DNA of 64,000 bases from Candidatus Giovannonibacteria bacterium (GCA_023266875.1 JAHFOJ010000002.1:3163-67162), one strand, 5' to 3'; shown: positions 1-9,331, counted from the first letter of the stretch. Notes: generated by a model from the sequence alone, not told the origin. Numbers and translations: made by a program.

Positions 1-1
1 T

Positions 2-847
2 AAAATGAGGCCGCACGTATTTGAGGCAATCCTTCACGACATTATTCATGAATATGGTGACTTCTATAAAGAACTTTTGGAAAAAAATGGAGCTATCCGT
101 TCGGAATTTTCATCCGAGCGCGATAAATTTTCTAAAACGCTATCGCGCGGCCTTAAGGAAATGGATAAGGTTGACATTATTGACGCAAAATATGCCTTAG
201 GCATTTCGACAACACATGGATTGCCCTACGAAATTATAAGAGAAATGGGCGGGGAGAAAGCAAGGGGTTTAAAGAAAGAAGACTTTGATCGTGAGTTTAA
301 AAAACATCAAGAGATTTCGCGAGCCGGAGTTGAAAAAAAATTTGGGGGGCATGGGCTTCTTTTGGATACGGGGGAACTCAAAGCTAAAAACGAGGAAGAG
401 CTTAAAAAAGTAACTCGGCTCCACACAGCCACGCATCTATTGAACGCAGCAATGCATAAGATTCTTGGAGACAGCATAGAACAGCGCGGCTCCGACATAA
501 CAGTTGAACGAACTCGTTTTGATTTTCTTTTTCCGAGAAAACTGACCGCAGACGAGATAAAAAAAATCGAAGAACTGGTAAATTATGTTATTCTTAAAAA
601 TTTTCCGGTTTCTTCTAAAGAGATGCTTCTAGAAGAAGCAAAAAAATCCGGCGCTCTTTTTTTCTCGAAAGGCCGTTATCCCGACAAAGTCAGGGTGTAT
701 ACTGTAGGTATGGGCGAAAAGATATTCTCCCGCGAATTATGCGGCGGGCCTCACGTTTCAAACACGGGGACGATAGGGCATTTTAGAATAATTAAAGAGG
801 AGGCTTCTTCGGCTGGCATCAGAAGGATTCGCGCGATTATAGAATAA
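2..847 (+). CDS. alaS: Alanyl-tRNA synthetase, 3' portion (editing domain); open at the window start
   Basis: The translation carries AlaRS editing-domain hallmarks: HTATHLLNAAMHKILG ... TRFDF and CGGPHVSNTGTIGHFRII...AGIRRIRA. The reading frame is open to the window edge. Confidence 0.8.
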   Translation, partial: KMRPHVFEAILHDIIHEYGDFYKELLEKNGAIRSEFSSERDKFSKTLSRGLKEMDKVDIIDAKYALGISTTHGLPYEIIREMGGEKARGLKKEDFDREFKKHQEISRAGVEKKFGGHGLLLDTGELKAKNEEELKKVTRLHTATHLLNAAMHKILGDSIEQRGSDITVERTRFDFLFPRKLTADEIKKIEELVNYVILKNFPVSSKEMLLEEAKKSGALFFSKGRYPDKVRVYTVGMGEKIFSRELCGGPHVSNTGTIGHFRIIKEEASSAGIRRIRAIIE

Positions 848-866
848 TTTGAAATAAAAGAATTTA

Positions 867-2045
867 ATGAACTTATTCGATAAAAAAAATAAAAGACATA
901 TTGTAATGTTCGATATCAGAACTTCGTCGATAGGAGCATTCGCGTTTAAAAAAGAAAGCGGCAAGTTGCCGGAAGTACTTGCTTTCTCAAAAATACCACT
1001 CCGACTCCTTGATGCCCCGGGATCATCGTCAATGGAAAATTCTGTTCTGAAAACCTTTGAAGACACCTCTAAAGCCCTGACATCCAGCTTTAAAGATGTC
1101 ATTCCTGATATGATTTTTGTTGTTCTATCTTCTCCTTGGTTTCAATCACAAACTCGTTCAGTAAAAATATCGCGAGAATCACCATTCATAGTAACCCAAA
1201 AATTTCTAGACGATATAATTCGGGACGAAACTGATCTTTTTATAAAACGCTCGGAAGAAACTTTCTCGAGCCGCGCAGATCAGCTTGAAGTTCTGGAATG
1301 TGCTATCATGAAAATAACTTTAAATGGATATAGAGTTACCGAGCCGATCAAAAAAAACGCGCGGGAGATGACTATGTCGCTATATTTAAGCGCGTCAAGG
1401 CGCGAGTTTATCGAATTAATTCGCGAATCTCTGATTCACAATTTTGGTCCTGTGAAAATAGAATTGAAGTCCGAACCGCTGGCTCTCTTCCAAATCTTAA
1501 AAGATATGATTGACTGCGAAGAAGGATTTTTGACGATAGATGTCGGAGGGGAAATGACCGAGGTTTCTCTTGTGCGAAACTGCGTCATAGAAGGAGTTGG
1601 AACATTTAACAAGGGAGGGAATTTTATTATCAGGAGGGTGGCTTCGTCCCTTTCAACTGGGCTTGAAGAAGCGCTGTCTTTTATAAAATCAAAAAGCCGC
1701 GGCGATCTGAAAGAAGATATTGACCAGAAAATTTCAAAAATACTCGAAATAGCCGGAAATGAATGGCGGGACGGGTTAGTCGAGGCGCTTAAAATTATCG
1801 GCAAATCAAATACGCTTCCGCAAAATCTTGTGTTGACCGGAGGAGCCTCGGGCATAGAAATGCTTAAACAAAAAAGCCAGTCCGCGGAGCTCACCCCACT
1901 CACAATTTTAGGAAAACCATTTAATGTTATTGTCTTTATGCCGCAAGATTTAGAATCTAGAATAAATCCTGGGGCGCTCGACAAAAAAGATACGCAGTTG
2001 ACACTTCCTTTATTATTGGCAACCGACCTAATCAAAAATGTCTAA
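867..2045 (+). CDS. Actin-like ATPase, FtsA-like cell-division protein (or PilM-like)
   Basis: 392 aa. The N-terminal, central IDVGGEMTEVSLV and C-terminal LVLTGGASGIEML blocks resemble the FtsA/PilM actin-fold phosphate and adenosine motifs. Confidence 0.5.
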   Translation: MNLFDKKNKRHIVMFDIRTSSIGAFAFKKESGKLPEVLAFSKIPLRLLDAPGSSSMENSVLKTFEDTSKALTSSFKDVIPDMIFVVLSSPWFQSQTRSVKISRESPFIVTQKFLDDIIRDETDLFIKRSEETFSSRADQLEVLECAIMKITLNGYRVTEPIKKNAREMTMSLYLSASRREFIELIRESLIHNFGPVKIELKSEPLALFQILKDMIDCEEGFLTIDVGGEMTEVSLVRNCVIEGVGTFNKGGNFIIRRVASSLSTGLEEALSFIKSKSRGDLKEDIDQKISKILEIAGNEWRDGLVEALKIIGKSNTLPQNLVLTGGASGIEMLKQKSQSAELTPLTILGKPFNVIVFMPQDLESRINPGALDKKDTQLTLPLLLATDLIKNV

Positions 2046-3495
2046 CTTAAATAAAAACCAATTAAATACTTCGACCGGGCGGCCACGAATAAGCGACGTT
2101 GTGCCCAAAAGAGCTCCATCCTCAAATGTCCGCGGCCTCGAGGAACAAAAGAAAATTTTGGGAATAGACGAGCGCGAATCAAAGCGCCAAACTGAAAAAG
2201 ATGCCGGAATCAAAATATCGAGATCAAAAACAAAATCAGCGCAAAAAATTTCAGGATCTCCGGTTACTTCAGGTTTTTTTGCAGAATTTAACCCAAAAAG
2301 AACTGTAAGCGAACCAGTTCGAGAAAAAACATCTATTATTTCGCGTATCCCTTGGGCTAGTTTTTTAAGTTCCAAAAAATACTTATACGCCGGCGGAGGA
2401 GTTATTGTAATCTTTGTTGGAGGAATTATCATACTAAATTCCGCATCCAATGTTAAAGTGGTAATTACGCCGCGCCAGATGGACATGAACATCGAGCAGA
2501 CAATCCGCGCCTCTGGGGCAAAGACTGGTGACGTCGCTCTAGATTTAATCAATTTTGAAGATTCTGGAACCGGATCGAGCGAAACAATTTCTGTCGCCAA
2601 AGCCGAGACAAAATCCTCCGGTCGAGTTGTTGTATATAACGCTTTCGACACTAATCCCCAACAACTGATCGCAAGCACGCGCTTGGAAGCGCCGAACGCA
2701 AAAATATATCGCATTCCGAGCGCTATAACTGTTCCCGGAGCCAAGATTGAAAACGGGAAAATAGTTCCGCAGGGCATCGAAATAGAAGTGGTGGCCGATA
2801 GAGCAGGAGCTGAATATAATCTAGGCCTATCCGATTTTACAATCCCTGGATTTAAGGGATCGCCAAAATATAATAAATTTTACGCGCGCTCAAAAACTGA
2901 AATTAGCGGTGGGCTTATTGGTTCCGGGAAAATTGTTACGCAAGATCAAATAAATCAATTGGTAGCCAAGGCCAAGCAAAACTTTATACAAAATTTTGAA
3001 GATAGGGCCGCTAAAGATCTGCCACAAGGGACATATTTGCCCGAAGGGGCTTCAAGCGTGGAAACAAGCGTGGAAAATATAGACCCGCCGATTGGCTCTA
3101 AGGCTGATAGCGTTAACATAAAAATTAAAGGGAAATTTACGGGACTCGCGCTCAAAAAGAGCGAACTTTTCCAATTTCTCGCCAAAATATACGCTAAGCC
3201 CGATCCCGGAGACGAAATAAGCATCTCGAATTGGGAAAGTCTAGGCGTGGAGTTAATTTCAAAGAGCATAAGCGATAAAACTTTAGTCTTAAAAGTCAAA
3301 GGCAAGGCTCACTTTGTTTGGGAATTTTCCGATGATTTATTGATCTCCGATCTTATTTCATCGCGAGCCAACCGCAAAGAAGCATTCAGTAAATATAAAG
3401 CGATAACAAGAGCAGAAATTATTTTCAGCCCGCCTTGGTGGCGAATTTTCCCGGAAGATAAAGAAAAAATTAAAATTGAAAGAGTAATTGATTAA
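2038..3495 (+). CDS. Hypothetical membrane-anchored protein
   Basis: 485-aa ORF that overlaps the FtsA-like gene by 8 nt. It has a single hydrophobic segment (YAGGGVIVIFVGGIIIL). I recognise no family. Confidence 0.45.
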   Translation: MSNLNKNQLNTSTGRPRISDVVPKRAPSSNVRGLEEQKKILGIDERESKRQTEKDAGIKISRSKTKSAQKISGSPVTSGFFAEFNPKRTVSEPVREKTSIISRIPWASFLSSKKYLYAGGGVIVIFVGGIIILNSASNVKVVITPRQMDMNIEQTIRASGAKTGDVALDLINFEDSGTGSSETISVAKAETKSSGRVVVYNAFDTNPQQLIASTRLEAPNAKIYRIPSAITVPGAKIENGKIVPQGIEIEVVADRAGAEYNLGLSDFTIPGFKGSPKYNKFYARSKTEISGGLIGSGKIVTQDQINQLVAKAKQNFIQNFEDRAAKDLPQGTYLPEGASSVETSVENIDPPIGSKADSVNIKIKGKFTGLALKKSELFQFLAKIYAKPDPGDEISISNWESLGVELISKSISDKTLVLKVKGKAHFVWEFSDDLLISDLISSRANRKEAFSKYKAITRAEIIFSPPWWRIFPEDKEKIKIERVID

Positions 3496-3509
3496 TACTG
3501 TACGACCCC

Positions 3510-3538
3510 TTGACGACATAATATCAATTGAATACAAT
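3510..3538 (+). promoter_or_regulatory. Sigma70-like promoter upstream of infA (TTGACG-17 nt-TACAAT)
   Basis: TTGACG at 3510-3515, a 17-nt spacer and TACAAT at 3533-3538. A CCGCC..GCGG hairpin plus T6 (3548-3571) follows before the infA ATG. Confidence 0.45.
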
Positions 3539-3579
3539 GTAATAACTGCCCGCCTGAGCGGACGGTTTTTTACTGGTAA

Positions 3580-3801
3580 ATGCCTGAAAATAAGGATAAA
3601 ATCATACGTCAGGGCAAAATAATAGAAGCCCTACCCAACGCAACTTTCCGAATCCTACTTGATGACGATAACCGTCCAATTCTGGGACATCTGGCGGGAA
3701 AGATGCGCCTTTTTTACATCAGGGTGCTGATAGGTGATAAAGTTAAGGTAGAATTATCGCCATATGACGAGACAAAAGGAAGAATTGTCCAACGGCTTTA
3801 A
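3580..3801 (+). CDS. infA: Translation initiation factor IF-1
   Basis: 73 aa. [59 protein letters not shown] matches the IF-1 S1-like fold sequence. Confidence 0.93.
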   Translation: MPENKDKIIRQGKIIEALPNATFRILLDDDNRPILGHLAGKMRLFYIRVLIGDKVKVELSPYDETKGRIVQRL

Positions 3802-3818
3802 ATAGCGATTTTTTTATT

Positions 3819-3932
3819 ATGAAAGTTCGATCTTCTGTCAAAAAAATTTGTACTTCCTGTAAAGTCGTGCGCCGAAAGAGACGCCTTTACGTGATTTGCA
3901 AAAATCCGAAGCATAAACAAAGGCAGGGATGA
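3819..3932 (+). CDS. rpmJ: 50S ribosomal protein L36
   Basis: Manual translation gives [37 protein letters not shown], a canonical L36 zinc-ribbon sequence. It is absent from the ORF track because it is under 60 aa. Confidence 0.92.
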   Translation: MKVRSSVKKICTSCKVVRRKRRLYVICKNPKHKQRQG

Positions 3933-4048
3933 GCCCCGTTAGAAATCGCGGATGATTAAGTAATGATATATCATGGAAAAATTAGTTTTTATTAATAATA
4001 ATTTAAAGCGTATGGCGCATTTTGCGTCTCCGTCCTATTTCTAACGAG

Positions 4049-4432
4049 ATGAGAATTGCGGGCACAAACATACCGGATAATAAACGCCTCGAAGTGGCGT
4101 TAACATACATTTATGGCATTGGCCCATTTTCCGCATTAAAAGCTTTGGGCACTTCAAAAGTTTCTCCGGATAAGCGCGCCAGAGATATCACACCAGATGA
4201 GATCAACCGCTTGCGCGACGTACTCGAAAAACAATTTAAGATAGAGGGAGAACTTCGCCGAGAAATGATGATGAATATCAAGCGTTTGCGCGACATCGGG
4301 TCATATCGCGGCATGCGGCATTCAAGAGGCCTTCCTACGAGAGGACAGAGAACCAAAACCAATTCCCGCACGCGAAGAGGCAATGTTCGAAAAACTATGG
4401 GATCAGGTAAACGCAAGCTGGATAAAAAATAA
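4049..4432 (+). CDS. rpsM: 30S ribosomal protein S13
   Basis: [25 protein letters not shown]...[19 protein letters not shown]. The true ATG is at 4049; the track's TTG start at 4022 lies inside a conserved RNA element. Confidence 0.93.
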   Translation: MRIAGTNIPDNKRLEVALTYIYGIGPFSALKALGTSKVSPDKRARDITPDEINRLRDVLEKQFKIEGELRREMMMNIKRLRDIGSYRGMRHSRGLPTRGQRTKTNSRTRRGNVRKTMGSGKRKLDKK

Positions 4433-4553
4433 TCCCGTTAGAAATCGCGGACGAATAAAATAATAATTATGATATTTATGAAGCAATCGAAATTTATAAA
4501 AACTAATTTAGTACGTAAGGCGTATTTTGCGTCTGCGTTCTATTTCTAATGGG

Positions 4554-4979
4554 GTGGGCAAAAAACGCATAATACAAAAAGGTGGGACAGATGATATCCG
4601 CGCTCGGGCGCTGGCGAAACTCCCGAAGAAAAAACTTTCTTTCGGCATTTTAAACGTTCTTTCGACATACAATAATACTATTATTTCTCTCGCTGATGAA
4701 GCTGGAAACACGATCATATCTTCGTCTTCTGGGGCGATGGGCTTTTCTGGGGCGCGAAAGGGCACTCCATACGCCGCATCAAAAGTGGCAGAGGTTTTGG
4801 CGGAACGAGCGAAACTTATGGGGGTTAAAGATATTGGAATTAAAGTAAAGGGGATAGGCGCCGGCAGGGAATCTGCCATTCGTTCTTTCGCGGCTCATGG
4901 CTTTAACATTCAATTTATTAGAGACATCACGCCGATCCCGCATAACGGACCTAAACCGGAGAAACCGAGGAGAGTCTAA
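4554..4979 (+). CDS. rpsK: 30S ribosomal protein S11 (probable GTG start)
   Basis: The ...NNTIISLADEAGNTIISSSSGAMGFSGARKGTPYAA... S11 signature is present. The in-frame GTG at 4554 sits immediately 3' of the conserved leader stem. Confidence 0.88.
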   Translation: MGKKRIIQKGGTDDIRARALAKLPKKKLSFGILNVLSTYNNTIISLADEAGNTIISSSSGAMGFSGARKGTPYAASKVAEVLAERAKLMGVKDIGIKVKGIGAGRESAIRSFAAHGFNIQFIRDITPIPHNGPKPEKPRRV

Positions 4980-4980
4980 T

Positions 4981-5595
4981 ATGGCGCGAATTCCATGTAA
5001 AATCTGCAGGCGTCTTGGTGTCTCAATTTGTGGACGCGAAAAATGCGCGATGAGGCGCAAACCCTACCCGCCCGGAGAACATGGGAGAGGATCACGCCAT
5101 TCACGCCGTTCTTCTTCAGAATTCGGCGCCCAGCTTAGGGAAAAACAAAAGTTGAAATTTCTTTATGGTCTTCGCGAAACACAATTTAGGAATTATGTCG
5201 TGGAAGCCTCGCAAAGAACAGGGAGCACATCAGAAATTTTATACCAGTTATTGGAATCCAGATTAGATAACGTTGTCTATCGGCTTGGATTTGCTTTTTC
5301 GAGAGCGCGCGCGAGGCAAATTGTGACTCACGGCCATATCTGGGTAAACGGCAGAAGCGTAAACATTCCGTCTTTCAGAACACGCAAAGGAGACATAATT
5401 TCCATTAGGCCCCAAAGCGCCGGCAAAGGGCTATTTAAAGATTTAGATATCCAATTAAAAAAATATAACGCCCCAGCGTGGATTGAATTAGACCGCGAAA
5501 AACGCGAAGGCAAAGTTCTTGGAGCCTCGGCGATAGAGCTCGAAGGCGCACTCGAATTAAACGTGAACGCGATCGTCGAATTCTATTCGCGATAA
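4981..5595 (+). CDS. rpsD: 30S ribosomal protein S4 (zinc-finger type)
   Basis: MARIPCKICRRLGVSICGREKC... and the S4 domain LDNVVYRLGFAFSRARARQIVTHGHIWVNGRSV. The ATG at 4981 is 1 nt after the rpsK stop. Confidence 0.93.
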   Translation: MARIPCKICRRLGVSICGREKCAMRRKPYPPGEHGRGSRHSRRSSSEFGAQLREKQKLKFLYGLRETQFRNYVVEASQRTGSTSEILYQLLESRLDNVVYRLGFAFSRARARQIVTHGHIWVNGRSVNIPSFRTRKGDIISIRPQSAGKGLFKDLDIQLKKYNAPAWIELDREKREGKVLGASAIELEGALELNVNAIVEFYSR

Positions 5596-5625
5596 TTTAT
5601 TATTAGTTTAATTAACGATTGAGTT

Positions 5626-6591
5626 ATGATTTACGATATTATTAAGCCTTTAAAACCGCGAATCGTTTCAGAAGATGATACGAAAGCTGTTTTTGAAATT
5701 GATTCGCTGCATCCAGGATATGGCCACACAATAGGCAACAGCCTAAGGCGAGTGCTTTTATCATCGCTTCCGGGTGCGGCTATTACGTCCGTAAAAATAT
5801 CAGGCGTGCCGCATGAATTTACAACCATACCAAACATAAAAGAGGACATCATTAACTTAATCTTGAATTTAAAACAGGTTCGCTTTGAATTGTATTCCGA
5901 TGGACCATTGACCGGAAAACTTTTAGCATCCGGAATAAAAAAAGTAACAGCAAAAGATTTTGAATTGCCTACGCAAGTTTCCATCATAAATAAAGACCAA
6001 CTAATTGCGACTTTAAACTCAAAGGACGCCACTTTAAATCTTGAAATCACGGTGGAAAAAGGTCTGGGATATGTACCGCGCGAAGTTCTAGAAAAAGACA
6101 AAGTTGGCGTCGGCATACTTACGCTTGATGCGATTTTCACCCCGGTCAGGCGGGTAAACTATGAAGTCGAAAACATGCGTGTTGGAGATAGAACCGACTA
6201 TAACCGCCTGCGCTTAATAATTGAAACCGATGGCTCCATCACTCCAAGAAACGCGCTTAAGAAAAGCATAGAAATATTGATGAGTCAGCTGGGAGCTTTG
6301 ACGTCATTTGACGATGAAATAACGACGACGAGCCGCGAAGAAGTATCGGTAGCCGACGAGGAGGCTCCCAGCGTTGAAACGGAAACTTCAGACCCCCTAA
6401 AAATCAGAATTGACGACCTTAGACTCTCGAGCCGCACTTTTAACGCGCTCTCAAACGCTGGGATTCGGACAGTCGGAGGGATTGTTAAAAAAAGCCGCGA
6501 AGAACTTCTTGGGCTCGCCGGTGTTGGCGAAAAAGCGGTCACAGAGATAGAAGATTCTCTTCACGCCCTCAATTTAGAATTAAAAGTATAA
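5626..6591 (+). CDS. rpoA: DNA-directed RNA polymerase subunit alpha
   Basis: 321 aa. The N-terminal dimerisation domain (GYGHTIGNSLRRVLLSSLPGAAITSVKI) and a C-terminal alpha-CTD (RIDDLRLSSRTFNALSNAGIRTVGGIV) are both present. Confidence 0.93.
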   Translation: MIYDIIKPLKPRIVSEDDTKAVFEIDSLHPGYGHTIGNSLRRVLLSSLPGAAITSVKISGVPHEFTTIPNIKEDIINLILNLKQVRFELYSDGPLTGKLLASGIKKVTAKDFELPTQVSIINKDQLIATLNSKDATLNLEITVEKGLGYVPREVLEKDKVGVGILTLDAIFTPVRRVNYEVENMRVGDRTDYNRLRLIIETDGSITPRNALKKSIEILMSQLGALTSFDDEITTTSREEVSVADEEAPSVETETSDPLKIRIDDLRLSSRTFNALSNAGIRTVGGIVKKSREELLGLAGVGEKAVTEIEDSLHALNLELKV

Positions 6592-6592
6592 G

Positions 6593-6943
6593 ATGAGGCA
6601 TAATAAAACCGGAAGAAAATTTGGAAGAGTAAGAAAAGTCAGGCGCGCTCTCATAAAATCGCTCCTGCGTTCTTTGATTATCAAAGAAAAGATCCGCACG
6701 ACCGAACCGAAGGCAAAAGAAATTCGCCCAAGAATCGAGAAACTTATATCAAAAGGAAAGTCCGGCAATCTTGACCAGCGCCGCCAAATAGCCTCTAGAA
6801 TAGACGTTGAAAGCGCAAATAAGATTGTAAATGTCTTGTCACCTCGATATAAAGAACGCAACGGAGGATATACCAGAATCACGAAACTGCCGCCGCGAAG
6901 ATCGGACAATACTAAAATGGCGCTAATAGAGTTTGTGAAGTAA
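6593..6943 (+). CDS. rplQ: 50S ribosomal protein L17
   Basis: MRHNKTGRKFGRVRKVRRALIKSLLRSLI... is typical L17. It starts 2 nt after rpoA. Confidence 0.93.
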   Translation: MRHNKTGRKFGRVRKVRRALIKSLLRSLIIKEKIRTTEPKAKEIRPRIEKLISKGKSGNLDQRRQIASRIDVESANKIVNVLSPRYKERNGGYTRITKLPPRRSDNTKMALIEFVK

Positions 6944-6944
6944 A

Positions 6945-7319
6945 TTGGCTAAATTTATGAGCACCAAACAAGATATACTAAATCAAATACTTCTGGATGT
7001 CAAAGGCAAATCACTCGGACGCGCTGCGTCTGCGGCCGCTATTTTGCTTCGCGGCAAAGGCAAATCCTCATTTGAGCCCCACATTCGCCCGACTCACAGC
7101 GTCGTAATTCAAAACGTGGGAGATCTTAAGATTTTCCCTGGAAAATTCAATACTAAAACCTATACGCGTTACTCCGGATATCCAAGCGGGCTTAGGACAA
7201 GCACCCTCGGCGATGTTTTTATGAAAAATCCGAAAGAAGTGTTCCGCCGCGCGGTATGGGGGATGCTGCCTAAAAACCGCTCTAGAAAATTCATAATAAA
7301 TAATTTGAAATTCGATTAA
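6945..7319 (+). CDS. rplM: 50S ribosomal protein L13
   Basis: LGRAASAAAILLRGKGK...HSVVIQNVGDLKI... is an L13 pattern. Confidence 0.9.
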   Translation: MAKFMSTKQDILNQILLDVKGKSLGRAASAAAILLRGKGKSSFEPHIRPTHSVVIQNVGDLKIFPGKFNTKTYTRYSGYPSGLRTSTLGDVFMKNPKEVFRRAVWGMLPKNRSRKFIINNLKFD

Positions 7320-7320
7320 T

Positions 7321-7863
7321 ATGCCGCCAAAAAAGACAAAAACAAAGAAACCTGCTAAGCCCGCTGAATTGCCAAAGCGCCATGTAAAAAAATCGTCCGT
7401 TCCTCTGCCAGTAATCCCTAAAAAAATAGCCCCCCCAGTAAAACTCGAGGAAATTCCGCCTGCCGAATTAAATAAAGAATATATAGAAACAATCGGACGA
7501 AGGAAAACTTCCGTTGCTAGAGTTCGAATGAAAAATTCAGGATCGTTTAAGATTGTAATCAATAACCGAGCACTTGAAAATTATTTCCCAACTTTCGAAC
7601 TTCGCGATATTATTGAAGCTCCATTCAAAAAAGGGGGCGTTCCGCCGAAGTTTGATGTGTCGGTTAAGGTAAATGGTGGAGGAATTCACTCACAAGCCGA
7701 AGCAATCAGGCACGGCATCTCGCGCGCGCTTGAAGAACAAACTCCGGAACTTCGCAAAATCTTAAAACCTTTAGGATTCCTGAAGCGCGACCCGAGAATG
7801 AAAGAGCGCCGCAAATTCGGCTTGAAAAAGGCGCGCAAAGCTCCGCAGTGGGCGAAGCGGTAA
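7321..7863 (+). CDS. rpsI: 30S ribosomal protein S9 with a Lys/Pro-rich N-terminal extension of about 55 aa
   Basis: The C-terminal 125 aa are S9 (GRRKTSVARVRMK...GGGIHSQAEAIRHGISRAL...RDPRMKERRKFGLKKARKAPQWAKR). The N-terminus MPPKKTKTKKPAKPAELPKR... is an unusual extension. Confidence 0.9.
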   Translation: MPPKKTKTKKPAKPAELPKRHVKKSSVPLPVIPKKIAPPVKLEEIPPAELNKEYIETIGRRKTSVARVRMKNSGSFKIVINNRALENYFPTFELRDIIEAPFKKGGVPPKFDVSVKVNGGGIHSQAEAIRHGISRALEEQTPELRKILKPLGFLKRDPRMKERRKFGLKKARKAPQWAKR

Positions 7864-7916
7864 ATATAAAAACTTCAAGAACGCTTTAATTAAGGCATTT
7901 TCTGGTGATTATAAAT

Positions 7917-7943
7917 TTAGCACTCTTGACATTAGACTGCTAA
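7917..7943 (+). promoter_or_regulatory. CIRCE operator (HrcA binding site) upstream of hrcA
   Basis: TTAGCACTC-ttgacatta-GACTGCTAA matches the CIRCE consensus TTAGCACTC-N9-GAGTGCTAA with 1 mismatch. It lies 20 nt upstream of the hrcA ATG. Confidence 0.85.
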
Positions 7944-7962
7944 TTGGGATATCATCAGATTA

Positions 7963-8691
7963 ATGGAACGCTTGGCCGAGCGCGAGGAAGAAATTTTGAA
8001 TTTTATATTGCGGGACTATATACGTTCCGCCCAACCGATTTCATCTTCTCGTATTTCGGATGCAGGGCGCGTTGAAGTCAGCCCGGCAACCATACGAAAT
8101 ACAATGCTCGAGCTGGATGAGAAAGGATTTCTTGAAAAACCTCACACCTCCGCCGGACGCGTCCCTACAGATAAAGCTTACCGCTATTTTGTGGATTTTC
8201 TGATGGAACCACGCTCTGCGAATCGCAGGGCTGAACAGACAATTAACGCCGCCGCAAAAAAAATCAGGCAGTCTCACGAATTGATGTTTGAAAATTTAAG
8301 CAAGGCAATTTCTTCCGAATTGAGATTATTTACAGGGATCGCTTCTTTTGGTGACGAGGCGAGAGTTTCTGGCTTTGGCCTCGGTGATGTTTTGGAAGAA
8401 CCCGAATTTTCTTCTCATGACCTATCGGTTGAGTTTGCGAAATTGGTTGATAATTTACACGAGGTTGCCGAAAGCTATTTTGATAAAACCTCGCTTGGGG
8501 CGCGCGCATTTATCGGCAATGAAAATCCGACGCGCGATGCCAAATCTTTCAGCTCGGTTGCGCTGAAGTTTAAAAATGATGAATTAGGCGAATGCGTTGT
8601 GTTCTCTCTCGGGCCGAAGCGGATGAATTATGAGCGCGCCTTTGCGCTTTTGGATTTTGCGGTTGAAGATTTAATGGAATCATTTGATTAA
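7963..8691 (+). CDS. hrcA: Heat-inducible transcription repressor HrcA
   Basis: N-terminal wHTH ...SPATIRNTMLELDEKGFLEKPHTSAGRVPTDKAYRYFVD. A CIRCE element lies upstream and grpE/dnaK/dnaJ downstream. Confidence 0.9.
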   Translation: MERLAEREEEILNFILRDYIRSAQPISSSRISDAGRVEVSPATIRNTMLELDEKGFLEKPHTSAGRVPTDKAYRYFVDFLMEPRSANRRAEQTINAAAKKIRQSHELMFENLSKAISSELRLFTGIASFGDEARVSGFGLGDVLEEPEFSSHDLSVEFAKLVDNLHEVAESYFDKTSLGARAFIGNENPTRDAKSFSSVALKFKNDELGECVVFSLGPKRMNYERAFALLDFAVEDLMESFD

Positions 8692-9322
8692 AATGGATGA
8701 CGACTTAAAAGAAAAAGAAATAGAGGAAGAAACAATCGAGCCGGATGAGCCCGCCCAAAGCGATAGCATTGAGGCGGGCCCGCCTGACTACGAAGTTGTC
8801 GGCGGAGAAGATACAGCTGAAGAGGAGGGGCTTGGTGAGAAACTCAAGAAAGTACGGAAGGAATTGAAGGTTTGCCAAAAAGAGCGCGACGATTATCTCG
8901 CGGGCTGGCAAAGGGCAAAAGCCGATTTCATAAACGCGAGAAAAGATGAGGAAAAAATGCGCGACGAATCTTTTAAAATAATGAAAGAGCATATTTTAAA
9001 AGAATTTCTGGAGGTGGGAGATTCGCTTGAAATGGCGATCAGGGCCGCACCAACGGAAGGTTTGGAGAGGATATATGGTCAGTTTCTGGATTTATTGAAA
9101 CAGCACGGAGTTACGCCTTACGAATCAAGCGGAAAGAAATTCGACCCAATGATGCATGAGGCGATTGAGCGAGAAGAAACTGATGACGAATCCAAAGACG
9201 AGATGATATTGGAAGAATTAGCAAAAGGTTATAAGTTTAATGGGCGGGTCTTGAGACCCGCAAGAGTGAAGGTAGGAGTTCTTTCCGCCAAAGGCGGATC
9301 CGCCTCGGGCGGAAAAAAATAA
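8684..9322 (+). CDS. grpE: Nucleotide exchange factor GrpE
   Basis: An acidic N-terminus, a coiled-coil and a C-terminal domain (...GVTPYESSGKKFDPMMHEAIEREE...). It is positioned between hrcA and dnaK. The start may be the ATG at 8693. Confidence 0.88.
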   Translation: MIKMDDDLKEKEIEEETIEPDEPAQSDSIEAGPPDYEVVGGEDTAEEEGLGEKLKKVRKELKVCQKERDDYLAGWQRAKADFINARKDEEKMRDESFKIMKEHILKEFLEVGDSLEMAIRAAPTEGLERIYGQFLDLLKQHGVTPYESSGKKFDPMMHEAIEREETDDESKDEMILEELAKGYKFNGRVLRPARVKVGVLSAKGGSASGGKK

Positions 9323-9331
9323 AATAAAAAA

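Noticed and set aside
1436-2777. Antisense ORFs (1436..2035 minus, 2028..2777 minus) and similar long shadow ORFs opposite rpoA, dnaK, rpsI and cysS (5631..6140, 10306..10823, 7068..7562, 19905..20660)
   Set aside because: Each lies fully inside a confidently identified gene on the other strand and shows low-complexity, family-less translations typical of shadow frames.
4022-4048. TTG-initiated N-terminal extensions of rpsM (from 4022) and rpsK (from 4527) as drawn in the ORF track
   Set aside because: The extra codons (MRLRPISNE / MRLRSISNGV) are encoded by the duplicated structured RNA element. Canonical S13 and S11 N-termini begin at the ATG at 4049 and the GTG at 4554.
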